Shown: positions 20,325-27,712 of the stretch, in pieces | Layout: every line of letters starts with the position of its first letter | Numbering within the stretch: the first letter of the stretch is position 1 | NCBI GenBank assembly: GCA_034432995.1 | Contig: DAOUAY010000060.1 | Coordinates: forward strand, 1 to 50,341 | DNA length: 50,341 nt | Source: Anaerolineae bacterium | GTDB taxonomy: Bacteria; Chloroflexota; Anaerolineae; B4-G1; SLSP01 | Direction: 5' to 3' | The notes under the pieces: generated by a model | What the model was told of the DNA's origin: nothing | Databases searched by the model: none | Seen by the model: the letters and a program-made list of their open reading frames with translations, nothing else | Position numbers and translations under genes: made by a program

Positions 20325-20355
20325 AGGAGAACACCGTAAAAACCGGCGTTCTCCT
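20325..20355 (-). other. Intercistronic hairpin (12-bp stem with one mismatch, 7-nt loop)
   Basis: AGGAGAACACCG-TAAAAAC-CGGCGTTCTCCT lies between the stop at 20452 and the start at 20278. No clear U-tract follows on the minus strand. Confidence 0.3.
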
Positions 20356-20451
20356 ACGATTGAGCCGCCTATTTCGGCACATTACCAGTTTACGTCAAAC
20401 CCCAGTTTTACCTCAATAATCAGCGTAAATCCGGACCCATAAGAAGCAATC

Positions 20452-21834
20452 TTAGTGTCGGCGACGACGGGCGCCCCACAATCCAATCGTCGCAACTACC
20501 CCACCAACCAGCAGCAATGCCCTATACGCACTGCGCGCAGCAATACGCTGCAAGTGTACGGACGTGGGCGCAGTGAGCAGTGTGGTGCTCACCGGACCGT
20601 GGAACGTGCTCACGCCCTTCACGTCGATGTCTTCCAGCCTATAGTAGTAGACCACAGCGGGTTGTACGTCCGTATCGAGCCACTCGTAAGTGCCACCCAT
20701 GGCCTCGCCTGGGAACTGCGGCGGGATAAGCGCGTCGTTCAACTGTGTGTAAGGTCCCTCGAACGCTGTGCTGCGGTAGAGATTGAAACCCACGTGGTCA
20801 AGCTCTTGAGCTGTTTCCCAAGTGACCAGCATTGCGGTTTCTTGAGGAATCACCTCGAAGCTAACCAGCGTCACCGCAGTGGGGGTGCCGTTGCCCAGCG
20901 TGAAATAGGAACCCAGGTTGGCGACACTCACATTGTTGAAAACGACCTGGTCGCCTGTATGGGGACCGGGAGCGGTGGCGATACCCGTAAAACCACCGCT
21001 GGTACCGCTGCGTTTGAGCAAGGTATAGGGGCCGCTGGGCATGGTTCCGAAACCCGCTTCACTGAAGTCGAAGGTGAGGGTCACAGCGCCGCCGTTGGTC
21101 CCGGCTCCATCGTGGGTGTCGAACTCCCAGATCCGCTGCCAGCGTGAGGTGACGCCCGCAGGACAGTCGGCAGGCGTTTCGCCAGTGCCGGTTTGGTGAC
21201 CAAAGATGATCCCATCGCCGGCATCGTTGAGGAAGCTGACATTGGCCATGCTCAATCCGGCGGATGAAGCCGGACCAGGCCGCCGCGTGGTGATAATGGC
21301 GGCGATGTTGTACAGGTAGTCTTCATGCAGATCGCCGCGCCAACTGGTCATCACCTTGTAAGACAAGCTGTCATTCTTGAAGCGAATCCAGCCGGTATTC
21401 TCGCCCCAGGCGTAGCCGTCGAAATCGCCGGTGACCGGGTCTACGGTGACCCCGCCGCCCCTGGGGCTAAAGTTGATCCAGCCGATGTTAGTCCCCCAGG
21501 CGTACCCAGACAGGTTACCTACGCCGTCATTGTTGACGCCGTAGTTACTGGCAAGAGTGTTAGTGTAGCTACATGGGCTGCCGCTCGTGCAGGTGCCCAG
21601 ACGGATCCAGCCGATATTCTCCCCCCAGGCGTAGCCTTCGAGATGATCGGAGTAGACGGTCACGCCGCCGTTGGTTAGCTCGAAACTAATCCAGCCTGCG
21701 TTAGTGCCCCAGGCCCACCTGTTGGTAGGATCGATGTTACCGGCGGCCAGAACGACAACCGCAGACGCCAGGAGCAAAACCAGCCCCACCAGCAGCGCGC
21801 GGGGCAATTGTTGGATGCGTAGTTTAATTTTCAT
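20452..21834 (-). CDS. Paralog of 18136-19218: WxNxGWI-repeat surface protein with an extra C-terminal domain and TM anchor
   Basis: ATG at 21834 with AAGGAGGA upstream. Repeats RWAWGTNAGWISF, GYAWGENIGWIRL, GYAWGTNIGWINF and GYAWGENTGWIRF. Extra module TAVTLVSFEV...WETAQELDHVGFNLYRS...YYYRLEDIDVKG. Ends PTSVHLQRIAARSAYRALLLVGGVVATIGLWGARRRRH. Confidence 0.8.
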   Translation of the reverse strand: MKIKLRIQQLPRALLVGLVLLLASAVVVLAAGNIDPTNRWAWGTNAGWISFELTNGGVTVYSDHLEGYAWGENIGWIRLGTCTSGSPCSYTNTLASNYGVNNDGVGNLSGYAWGTNIGWINFSPRGGGVTVDPVTGDFDGYAWGENTGWIRFKNDSLSYKVMTSWRGDLHEDYLYNIAAIITTRRPGPASSAGLSMANVSFLNDAGDGIIFGHQTGTGETPADCPAGVTSRWQRIWEFDTHDGAGTNGGAVTLTFDFSEAGFGTMPSGPYTLLKRSGTSGGFTGIATAPGPHTGDQVVFNNVSVANLGSYFTLGNGTPTAVTLVSFEVIPQETAMLVTWETAQELDHVGFNLYRSTAFEGPYTQLNDALIPPQFPGEAMGGTYEWLDTDVQPAVVYYYRLEDIDVKGVSTFHGPVSTTLLTAPTSVHLQRIAARSAYRALLLVGGVVATIGLWGARRRRH

Positions 21835-21922
21835 TGCATATCCTCCTTACTTGAATAGAGAAGGCGTTTGAAACGGATCGCCCGGCAGGCAGTACCCACC
21901 AAAGCATCCCAGCGCCCCGGCG

Positions 21923-22909
21923 TCATTGTTGGCCGCCCCGCACCGGCCATATGTATAGTCGATAATTTAGTGGATCTTCGACATGGTATGTTGCATTCTT
22001 GCCTAGATGGAACACACGGCCACCCCACATGCTCACGAACCAGGCGTTGCCGTTGTACGTGGCGTGGGTAGTACTCGTCCAATACCACCGGTTATAGACA
22101 TTGGTGAATGGATAAGGACGCGGCAATGAAGGCTGGTCCATCTGATAATCGATCAAGCTGTGCATCTCGCGCAGGTTGGGCAGCCGCCAATCGGTTTGAT
22201 GAAAGCCGCCGTTGCTGGTGTCACCGCAGCCGCGCCGTACACTGTCCGTGCCGATCATCTCGCCAGTCGCATTTAGTTCCGCCACATTCGCGATAGCAGT
22301 AAACCAGTCACTGCCAAATTCGGTACCCTGACAGTTAGCATTCTTGAGCCAGATCAGTCCGGTCATATTATCTGTCACTGTGCCATTATCATTGTCGGTA
22401 AAGCGTGGCGAAATCGCAGGGACTCCCATTTGGTAATACCCGTCTTGGCCTACCGGACAATTTTCGGTTCCACATGTGCAAGAGCTAAAAGGGCCTACTA
22501 TGCTAAAACAAGTCGTTTGCCCGGTCTTGAGTAGGGGCAAATACGGACGCGTTCCCGCAATCTCGCCCCAAGCACCTGAACTCAGCCCCCAGAATGCCCG
22601 GCCACTCACGACGTCTGCCGATGTCGCGGCGTTCGTTTGTATGGCCGGCGCCGCAGCCATGACCTGGTCCAGAGTAACCATCGTGCCGGTTCCCGGCCCG
22701 CTGCTGGGTTCCGTGAACGTAGTCATCTTCGTTCCCGCCGCGCCGGTCGTCAGCCGGGCGTAGATCTGTTGCAGGGTATACATCTGCGAGGCAGGATCCG
22801 TCGGGCCGCTGGCGGGGTCGAGAGTCCCCGCCAACACTACCGCCCCAGCCGAGAGCGCGATGCCAATAACAACGCCAATAACGACTCCGATTGTCAATTT
22901 GTTACGCAT
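21923..22909 (-). CDS. DUF1566 domain protein with N-terminal membrane anchor (paralog of 19301-20278)
   Basis: ATG at 22909 with AAGGAGGA upstream. MRNKLTIGVVIGVVIGIALSAGAVVLAG, and TVTDNMTGLIWLKNANC...DWRLPNLREMHSL...YWTSTTH. Confidence 0.8.
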   Translation of the reverse strand: MRNKLTIGVVIGVVIGIALSAGAVVLAGTLDPASGPTDPASQMYTLQQIYARLTTGAAGTKMTTFTEPSSGPGTGTMVTLDQVMAAAPAIQTNAATSADVVSGRAFWGLSSGAWGEIAGTRPYLPLLKTGQTTCFSIVGPFSSCTCGTENCPVGQDGYYQMGVPAISPRFTDNDNGTVTDNMTGLIWLKNANCQGTEFGSDWFTAIANVAELNATGEMIGTDSVRRGCGDTSNGGFHQTDWRLPNLREMHSLIDYQMDQPSLPRPYPFTNVYNRWYWTSTTHATYNGNAWFVSMWGGRVFHLGKNATYHVEDPLNYRLYIWPVRGGQQ

Positions 22910-22988
22910 TTGAATCCTCCTTCAACTAACGATTAGTTTACTTTCTAACAGTATCTGCTGGTCCTGAACTCAACGGCAGCCGAAGGCG

Positions 22989-24017
22989 TCATTCAGCAGG
23001 GCTAGAGGTACCTTTCTGACGATCCATGTTCTGGATCGTCCCAAACGCTTTCTGAAAATCAAGCCAACGCGACGGCGAAACCCGCGCGCTGTTCGTCGTC
23101 GCAAAGCTGTCCGGCCCTACATACTGGCCCTCGATGTGACAGCCCTGCGCGGCCATTTTCGAGTGCAGCATCTCCCACACCACGGCCGGGGCCTGGCAGA
23201 ATTGTTCGTACCCTACAACCAGTTTCCGGGCTTCATCCACGCGCGAGAAGCCCTCGTCCACGGCCTTTTGGGTGTAGTAAACCTGACCCGCCACCTGGGT
23301 GATGGGATCATGCTCGATCAGCCAACGATATTCCGGGGGTTTGAAGCCATACCACCTCTCTTCCGCGCCGAAATACTCCAGACGTTTTTCCATAATGGAC
23401 TGCATCACATAGAGTGGATCGCGCTTGACGTGAACAAAGAGAACCTTGTCGAAAGCCGCATCCAAAAAGGGGATATTCCAGTTGAGCAACATCGCTTTCA
23501 TGGCGAGCGGCTTGTCCAGGGCGGCTTCCAACGTCGCCAGTTCGGCATTGAGGCGCGCAACATCCACTTTTTCCAACGCCTCCGGCGAAACAACGTTCGC
23601 ATCCTGCTCGAACGTGAAAAACCGCCGCCAGAAGTACCAAAACTCGTGCGGCGCTGTCGCCCCTTTCGTTTTCCCGTGAGAGGACGTGTAGGCGTCGACA
23701 TTCTGCCGGTTGGTGATCTCGTTCATGTAATCGTGTTCGAACAAGATCTGCTGGACGCGCGCCCCGATGTACGGCGCTCGATAGAATCTGGAGACGGTAT
23801 TGGAAGGGTAGCCCCAACGCCCACTGGCGGCCAACCACTGAAAGAGAAGCGTGGTGCCGCTGCGCGGGACGCCCATGATCAACAAGAGTGGAAAACGCGG
23901 CTTTGTGTATGCCTGGTTCACCGTCTCCTGACAGACCGAGAGCAAGGTGTTCAACTCCGTCAGCAATTGCTCCAGCGTGACGCTTTTACGAAACTCAGCC
24001 GTTGGCGATGTGTTCAT
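22989..24017 (-). CDS. Sulfotransferase family protein (PAPS-dependent type)
   Basis: LLIMGVPRSGTTLLFQWL matches the 5'-PSB loop of sulfotransferases. ATG at 24017 has AGAGGTG 5 nt upstream (the track ORF begins at GTG 24023). Confidence 0.7.
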   Translation of the reverse strand: MNTSPTAEFRKSVTLEQLLTELNTLLSVCQETVNQAYTKPRFPLLLIMGVPRSGTTLLFQWLAASGRWGYPSNTVSRFYRAPYIGARVQQILFEHDYMNEITNRQNVDAYTSSHGKTKGATAPHEFWYFWRRFFTFEQDANVVSPEALEKVDVARLNAELATLEAALDKPLAMKAMLLNWNIPFLDAAFDKVLFVHVKRDPLYVMQSIMEKRLEYFGAEERWYGFKPPEYRWLIEHDPITQVAGQVYYTQKAVDEGFSRVDEARKLVVGYEQFCQAPAVVWEMLHSKMAAQGCHIEGQYVGPDSFATTNSARVSPSRWLDFQKAFGTIQNMDRQKGTSSPAE

Positions 24018-25212
24018 CACCACACCTCTGCTTGATCTCTGGCCCGTGGGCCGCCGCCATACGCACGATCTGGCAAATCACGCCGATCTCCTCCGGCCCA
24101 ACCGCGGTGCCCGTCGGCAACGACATCACCCGCTGGGTCAGCCGCTCCGTCTCTGGCAACAACAGGCCCGCGTGCGGAAAGTAAGATCGATACGGTTCCA
24201 TTTCGTGGCAGCCGGGGTAGAAATAGCGCCGCGCCAGCACGTTCTCGGCGTGCAGGATGTTCACCAGGTCGTCGCGGCTGACGCCGGCGGCGCTTTCATC
24301 CACCTCGACGATGACGTACTGGTAGTTATTGCGCTCGGTTTCATCATACGCGATCAACTGAAGGCCCGGTATGCCCTGCAAACCGGCCTGATACGCTTCG
24401 TAGTTGCGGCGATTGGCGGCGATAAACGCATCCAGCGACTCCAGCCCGGTCAGTCCCATCGCCGCCGAGATTTCGGACATCTTGCCGTTCGTGCCGACGT
24501 AGATGACCCGGTCGTAGCCGGCAAAGCCAAAGTTCGTCATCAGGCGGATCTTGGCGGCCAGAGCGTCGTCGTTGGTCACCACCGCGCCGCCCTCGAAGGT
24601 GTTGAAGAACTTGGTGGCGTGAAAGCTGAAAATCTCCACCGCGCCAAAGTTGCCGATCATCTGCCCCTTGTAGGAGTTGCCGAAGGCGTGCGCGGCGTCG
24701 AACATCAGTTTCAACCCGCGGCGTTGGCTGATTTCGGCCAACGCTTCGATAGCGCAGGGCCGGCCCCACACGTGCACGCCCATGATGCCGCTCGTGCGCG
24801 GGGTGATCATCGCTTCCACTTTGGCCGGATTCAAGTTGTGCGTGGCCGGGTCCACGTCGCAGAAGACCGGGGTGATCTCCTGCCATTGCAGCGCGTGAGC
24901 GGTGGCAATAAAGGTGAACGACGGCACGATCACCTCGCCGCTCATTCCTAATGCGCGGGAAGCGATCTCCAGCGCCACCGTGGCGTTGCACATGGCGATG
25001 CAGTGCTTGACGCCCACGAATTCGGCGATGCGCGCTTCGAATTCCTTCACGAAAGGGCCGCGGTTGGTCAGCCAGCGGCGGTCGAGCAGGTCATTGATGC
25101 GGGCCAATAAGGCTTCGCGGTCGCCGACGTTCGGCCGGCCAACGTGGAGCGCTTCGGCAAAGGCCGGCGTCCCCCCAAATAAAGCAAGTGAGGCGAGAGC
25201 AGTTTTCGACAT
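23995..25212 (-). CDS. DegT/DnrJ/EryC1/StrS-family PLP-dependent sugar aminotransferase
   Basis: FVKEFEARIAEFVGVKHCIAMCNATVALEIA and VEIFSFHATKFFNTFEGGAVVTND (PLP-lysine context SFHxxK). Confidence 0.85.
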   Translation of the reverse strand: MSKTALASLALFGGTPAFAEALHVGRPNVGDREALLARINDLLDRRWLTNRGPFVKEFEARIAEFVGVKHCIAMCNATVALEIASRALGMSGEVIVPSFTFIATAHALQWQEITPVFCDVDPATHNLNPAKVEAMITPRTSGIMGVHVWGRPCAIEALAEISQRRGLKLMFDAAHAFGNSYKGQMIGNFGAVEIFSFHATKFFNTFEGGAVVTNDDALAAKIRLMTNFGFAGYDRVIYVGTNGKMSEISAAMGLTGLESLDAFIAANRRNYEAYQAGLQGIPGLQLIAYDETERNNYQYVIVEVDESAAGVSRDDLVNILHAENVLARRYFYPGCHEMEPYRSYFPHAGLLLPETERLTQRVMSLPTGTAVGPEEIGVICQIVRMAAAHGPEIKQRCGDEHIANG

Positions 25213-25332
25213 AGAATATCCTCAAGCTAAACAGGATTTACGCAAATCGGCTACATTCTACCGCCGAGCACGCAGAGAGCGCAGAGAATTTGTAATTTTT
25301 CAGCGGCCTCGGCGGTGAAAAATCCTGATCGA

Positions 25333-25995
25333 TTAGTCATCTATATCAGTACTGGAGACCAGACCCTTCCTGGCATACAGTCCCGGATATGCGCTCCAGG
25401 GTTCGGTATCCCTGGCAATGGCGGCGGCCATCCCCACCATCGTCCCCTCGGCGATATGCACCCCGTCACGAATCGTCGAATTGAGTCCAAAGAAACAGTA
25501 GGGTTCGACAACGCAATGTCCGGCCAGCACCACGTGGGAACTGAAGAACACGTGGTCCTTGACCTGGGTATGGTGTCCGATGTGGTTGCCGGCCCACATC
25601 ATCACGTCATTGCCGATCGTGGCGTAGGGTTGAATGATGTTGTGCTCGAGAATGAAGCAGTTTTCGCCGACCGGCGTGCCGGGGAAAACGGAGGCGCGCG
25701 AACTGATGTAGCTGATTAGCGAATAGCCTTTGGTTTTGATTTGCAGGTAAATGGCCTCTCTAAGACGATTCATCTTGCGATGCGACATGGGTGCAAAGAA
25801 GACGTAGTCCGCCGGGTTATAACGCTGTTCGACTTCCTCGAAGGGGACCACGGGTAAACCCTCGAATTCAGGGGTGTCGGGCATATAAGAACCCGACACG
25901 CAGAACGCAACCACTTCGTGAGGACCGTCGTGCCTGAGATAAAAATGCGCGAGCGAAGCGAAATCTCGCACCCCAAAGATGATGACTTTTGCCAT
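25333..25995 (-). CDS. NeuD/PglD-like sugar N-/O-acyltransferase (Rossmann-like N-domain plus hexapeptide C-domain)
   Basis: ATG at 25995 with GGAGGCG upstream, 2 nt after the upstream stop. MAKVIIFGVRDFASLAHFYL, and hexapeptide region IGNDVMMWAGNHIGHHTQVKDHVFFSSHVVLAGHCVVEPYCFFGLNSTIRDGVHI. Confidence 0.75.
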   Translation of the reverse strand: MAKVIIFGVRDFASLAHFYLRHDGPHEVVAFCVSGSYMPDTPEFEGLPVVPFEEVEQRYNPADYVFFAPMSHRKMNRLREAIYLQIKTKGYSLISYISSRASVFPGTPVGENCFILEHNIIQPYATIGNDVMMWAGNHIGHHTQVKDHVFFSSHVVLAGHCVVEPYCFFGLNSTIRDGVHIAEGTMVGMAAAIARDTEPWSAYPGLYARKGLVSSTDIDD

Positions 25996-25997
25996 AG

Positions 25998-26630
25998 TTA
26001 GCGCCTCCGGTACAGGTAAGCCGTGTACTCGTAGAGACCATAGTCGTTGCGGATGACGAAGTCTCTGCCCAACGCCTGCGTGACGAAACTGGCCAGGGTA
26101 TCGAGCGGCAGGTGAAACAGATCGTCCCGTTCCCAATCCACGTGGGACGACATCACGTTGAAGGCCAGGCCGACGCGGGCCTTGACGTACACTTTCCGCA
26201 ACATCGCAAAGAAGTATTCGAGCATCTCCGCGTAGGAAAGCGACCGCTTCTCGGTGAAGACGCCGTTCATCACGATATAGTCGAATTCCGGGAGCGCATC
26301 CCCTGCGGTGAGCACATCCAGACAGTAATAGGGTAACGCAGGGAACTTCTGGCGAGACAGCGCGATAAACTCTTCAGAAATATCGAGGCCCGCATATGCA
26401 ATGTGTGTGAGTCCTTTGCGCCGGATGTACTCGTACAGATGCGAAGCGCCGCAGCCGAAATCGAGCAAACTCACGTTCTGACCATCTCCCTTGATCACAT
26501 CCAGCATAACCTGATAGCGGATATCGACGTGTTCCGGCTTGGGCCAATCGACGCCCAGGTGCGTATCGCCGTGCTGCGCCAGACATGCCTCATAATGGGC
26601 GACAATTTCCAGGTATTTTTTCTCCACCAT
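25998..26630 (-). CDS. Class I SAM-dependent methyltransferase
   Basis: SAM motif I VSLLDFGCGASHLYEYI. 210 aa. Confidence 0.8.
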   Translation of the reverse strand: MVEKKYLEIVAHYEACLAQHGDTHLGVDWPKPEHVDIRYQVMLDVIKGDGQNVSLLDFGCGASHLYEYIRRKGLTHIAYAGLDISEEFIALSRQKFPALPYYCLDVLTAGDALPEFDYIVMNGVFTEKRSLSYAEMLEYFFAMLRKVYVKARVGLAFNVMSSHVDWERDDLFHLPLDTLASFVTQALGRDFVIRNDYGLYEYTAYLYRRR

Positions 26631-26633
26631 TGC

Positions 26634-27602
26634 TTAACGCTCTCCATAGCGGTATAGCGGAAAGTAGCCGGTTTCAGGCAGGTCTGCGCGCCGTTGGACA
26701 AGCGCCTGATACGTCGCCCGATCGAAGATGCGCCCGCACAGGTAAGCCACGCGCGTATCGGTCGACCAGCCGCGTTTGAAGCGGCTCAAGCCGTCATCTT
26801 CCGTGCCCTGGATCCCGGCCCCCGCGCCCAACGCCAGCCAGCCGACGCCGAGGCCCGCAAAATACTCGAGGGCGAACCAGAAAAGGGCGAATGAGGCGCG
26901 CGCATCGTAACCGGCGTCGCTATAGGCGCCGAGGTGATAATAGGCCACATTTCCCGTCACGTACCACAACAGAATCCCGACGGTTTCGCCCTCTGCGACC
27001 GCCCGCAGCGCGATCATACCCGGCGCCTGCAACTGGCGCGCAAACGAGGTTCTGGAAAAAGCTGTGATCCCGTGGATCTGATGCCGCTGGATCAACACGT
27101 CGTACAGCGCCATCCAGTCATCCAGCAGCGTCAATGGCTCTGAGCACACGTCGACGGTCACGCTCCGCAACGCTTTGCGCGCATTGCGAACGTGGTGGGC
27201 ATCGACAAAATCGCGCGCCGGACGGCTCAAATCGACCACGTAATGACGCTTGAACGCGACCATCAGGTCGGGGAAACATGCCTGCAAATCGTCAATGCTG
27301 TAATCGCCGAAGGGATCGGCCACCAGCACCAAACTGACCCAGTTGCGGCCTACGCTTTCCAAATCCTGGCGCAGGGCAGACCAATCGCAGCACGCGAAGA
27401 GCGGGTAACAGCCCATCGCATCGACAGCATCAGAACTGGCAATGCCGCGCTCCAACACCCACCCGCCGCTCTTAGGCAAAAGAACCGGCTGCCCCCATTC
27501 GCCCAGCGCGGCGGCATACGCAGCATGGGCATAGCCAACTGTGGCTCCGGCGCAGGTCGCGCCCGCCCCCCCATCGCCTGCGCCGCGTCCGAACTCAGTC
27601 AA
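26634..27602 (-). CDS. GNAT-fold acyl/aminoacyl transferase, FemAB/CelD-like (Acetyltransf_6-type)
   Basis: TTG start. C-terminal half LRAVAEGETVGILLWYVTGNVAYYHLGAYSDAGYDARASFALFWFALEYFAGLGVGWLALGAGAG...GLSRFKRGW resembles FemAB-related/BioF2-like acetyltransferase domains. Confidence 0.55.
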   Translation of the reverse strand: MTEFGRGAGDGGAGATCAGATVGYAHAAYAAALGEWGQPVLLPKSGGWVLERGIASSDAVDAMGCYPLFACCDWSALRQDLESVGRNWVSLVLVADPFGDYSIDDLQACFPDLMVAFKRHYVVDLSRPARDFVDAHHVRNARKALRSVTVDVCSEPLTLLDDWMALYDVLIQRHQIHGITAFSRTSFARQLQAPGMIALRAVAEGETVGILLWYVTGNVAYYHLGAYSDAGYDARASFALFWFALEYFAGLGVGWLALGAGAGIQGTEDDGLSRFKRGWSTDTRVAYLCGRIFDRATYQALVQRRADLPETGYFPLYRYGER

Positions 27603-27712
27603 GGTTCCCCCTTCGAAAACAAACCGTCAATCTCGCTAATCTACGCGAATTCATAATCGATTAGCCGAAATTCGCGTGGATTCTGCGAATGCAGACATTC
27701 GCGGCTAGATTT

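Noticed and set aside
19301-22909. A diversity-generating retroelement, considered because DUF1566/C-type-lectin-like domains are frequent DGR variable proteins.
   Set aside because: There is no reverse transcriptase, Avd-like gene or template repeat in the window. Nucleotide differences between the two C-terminal regions (19301-19450 versus 21923-22080) are spread over all bases rather than concentrated at adenines, so they look like ordinary diverged paralogs.
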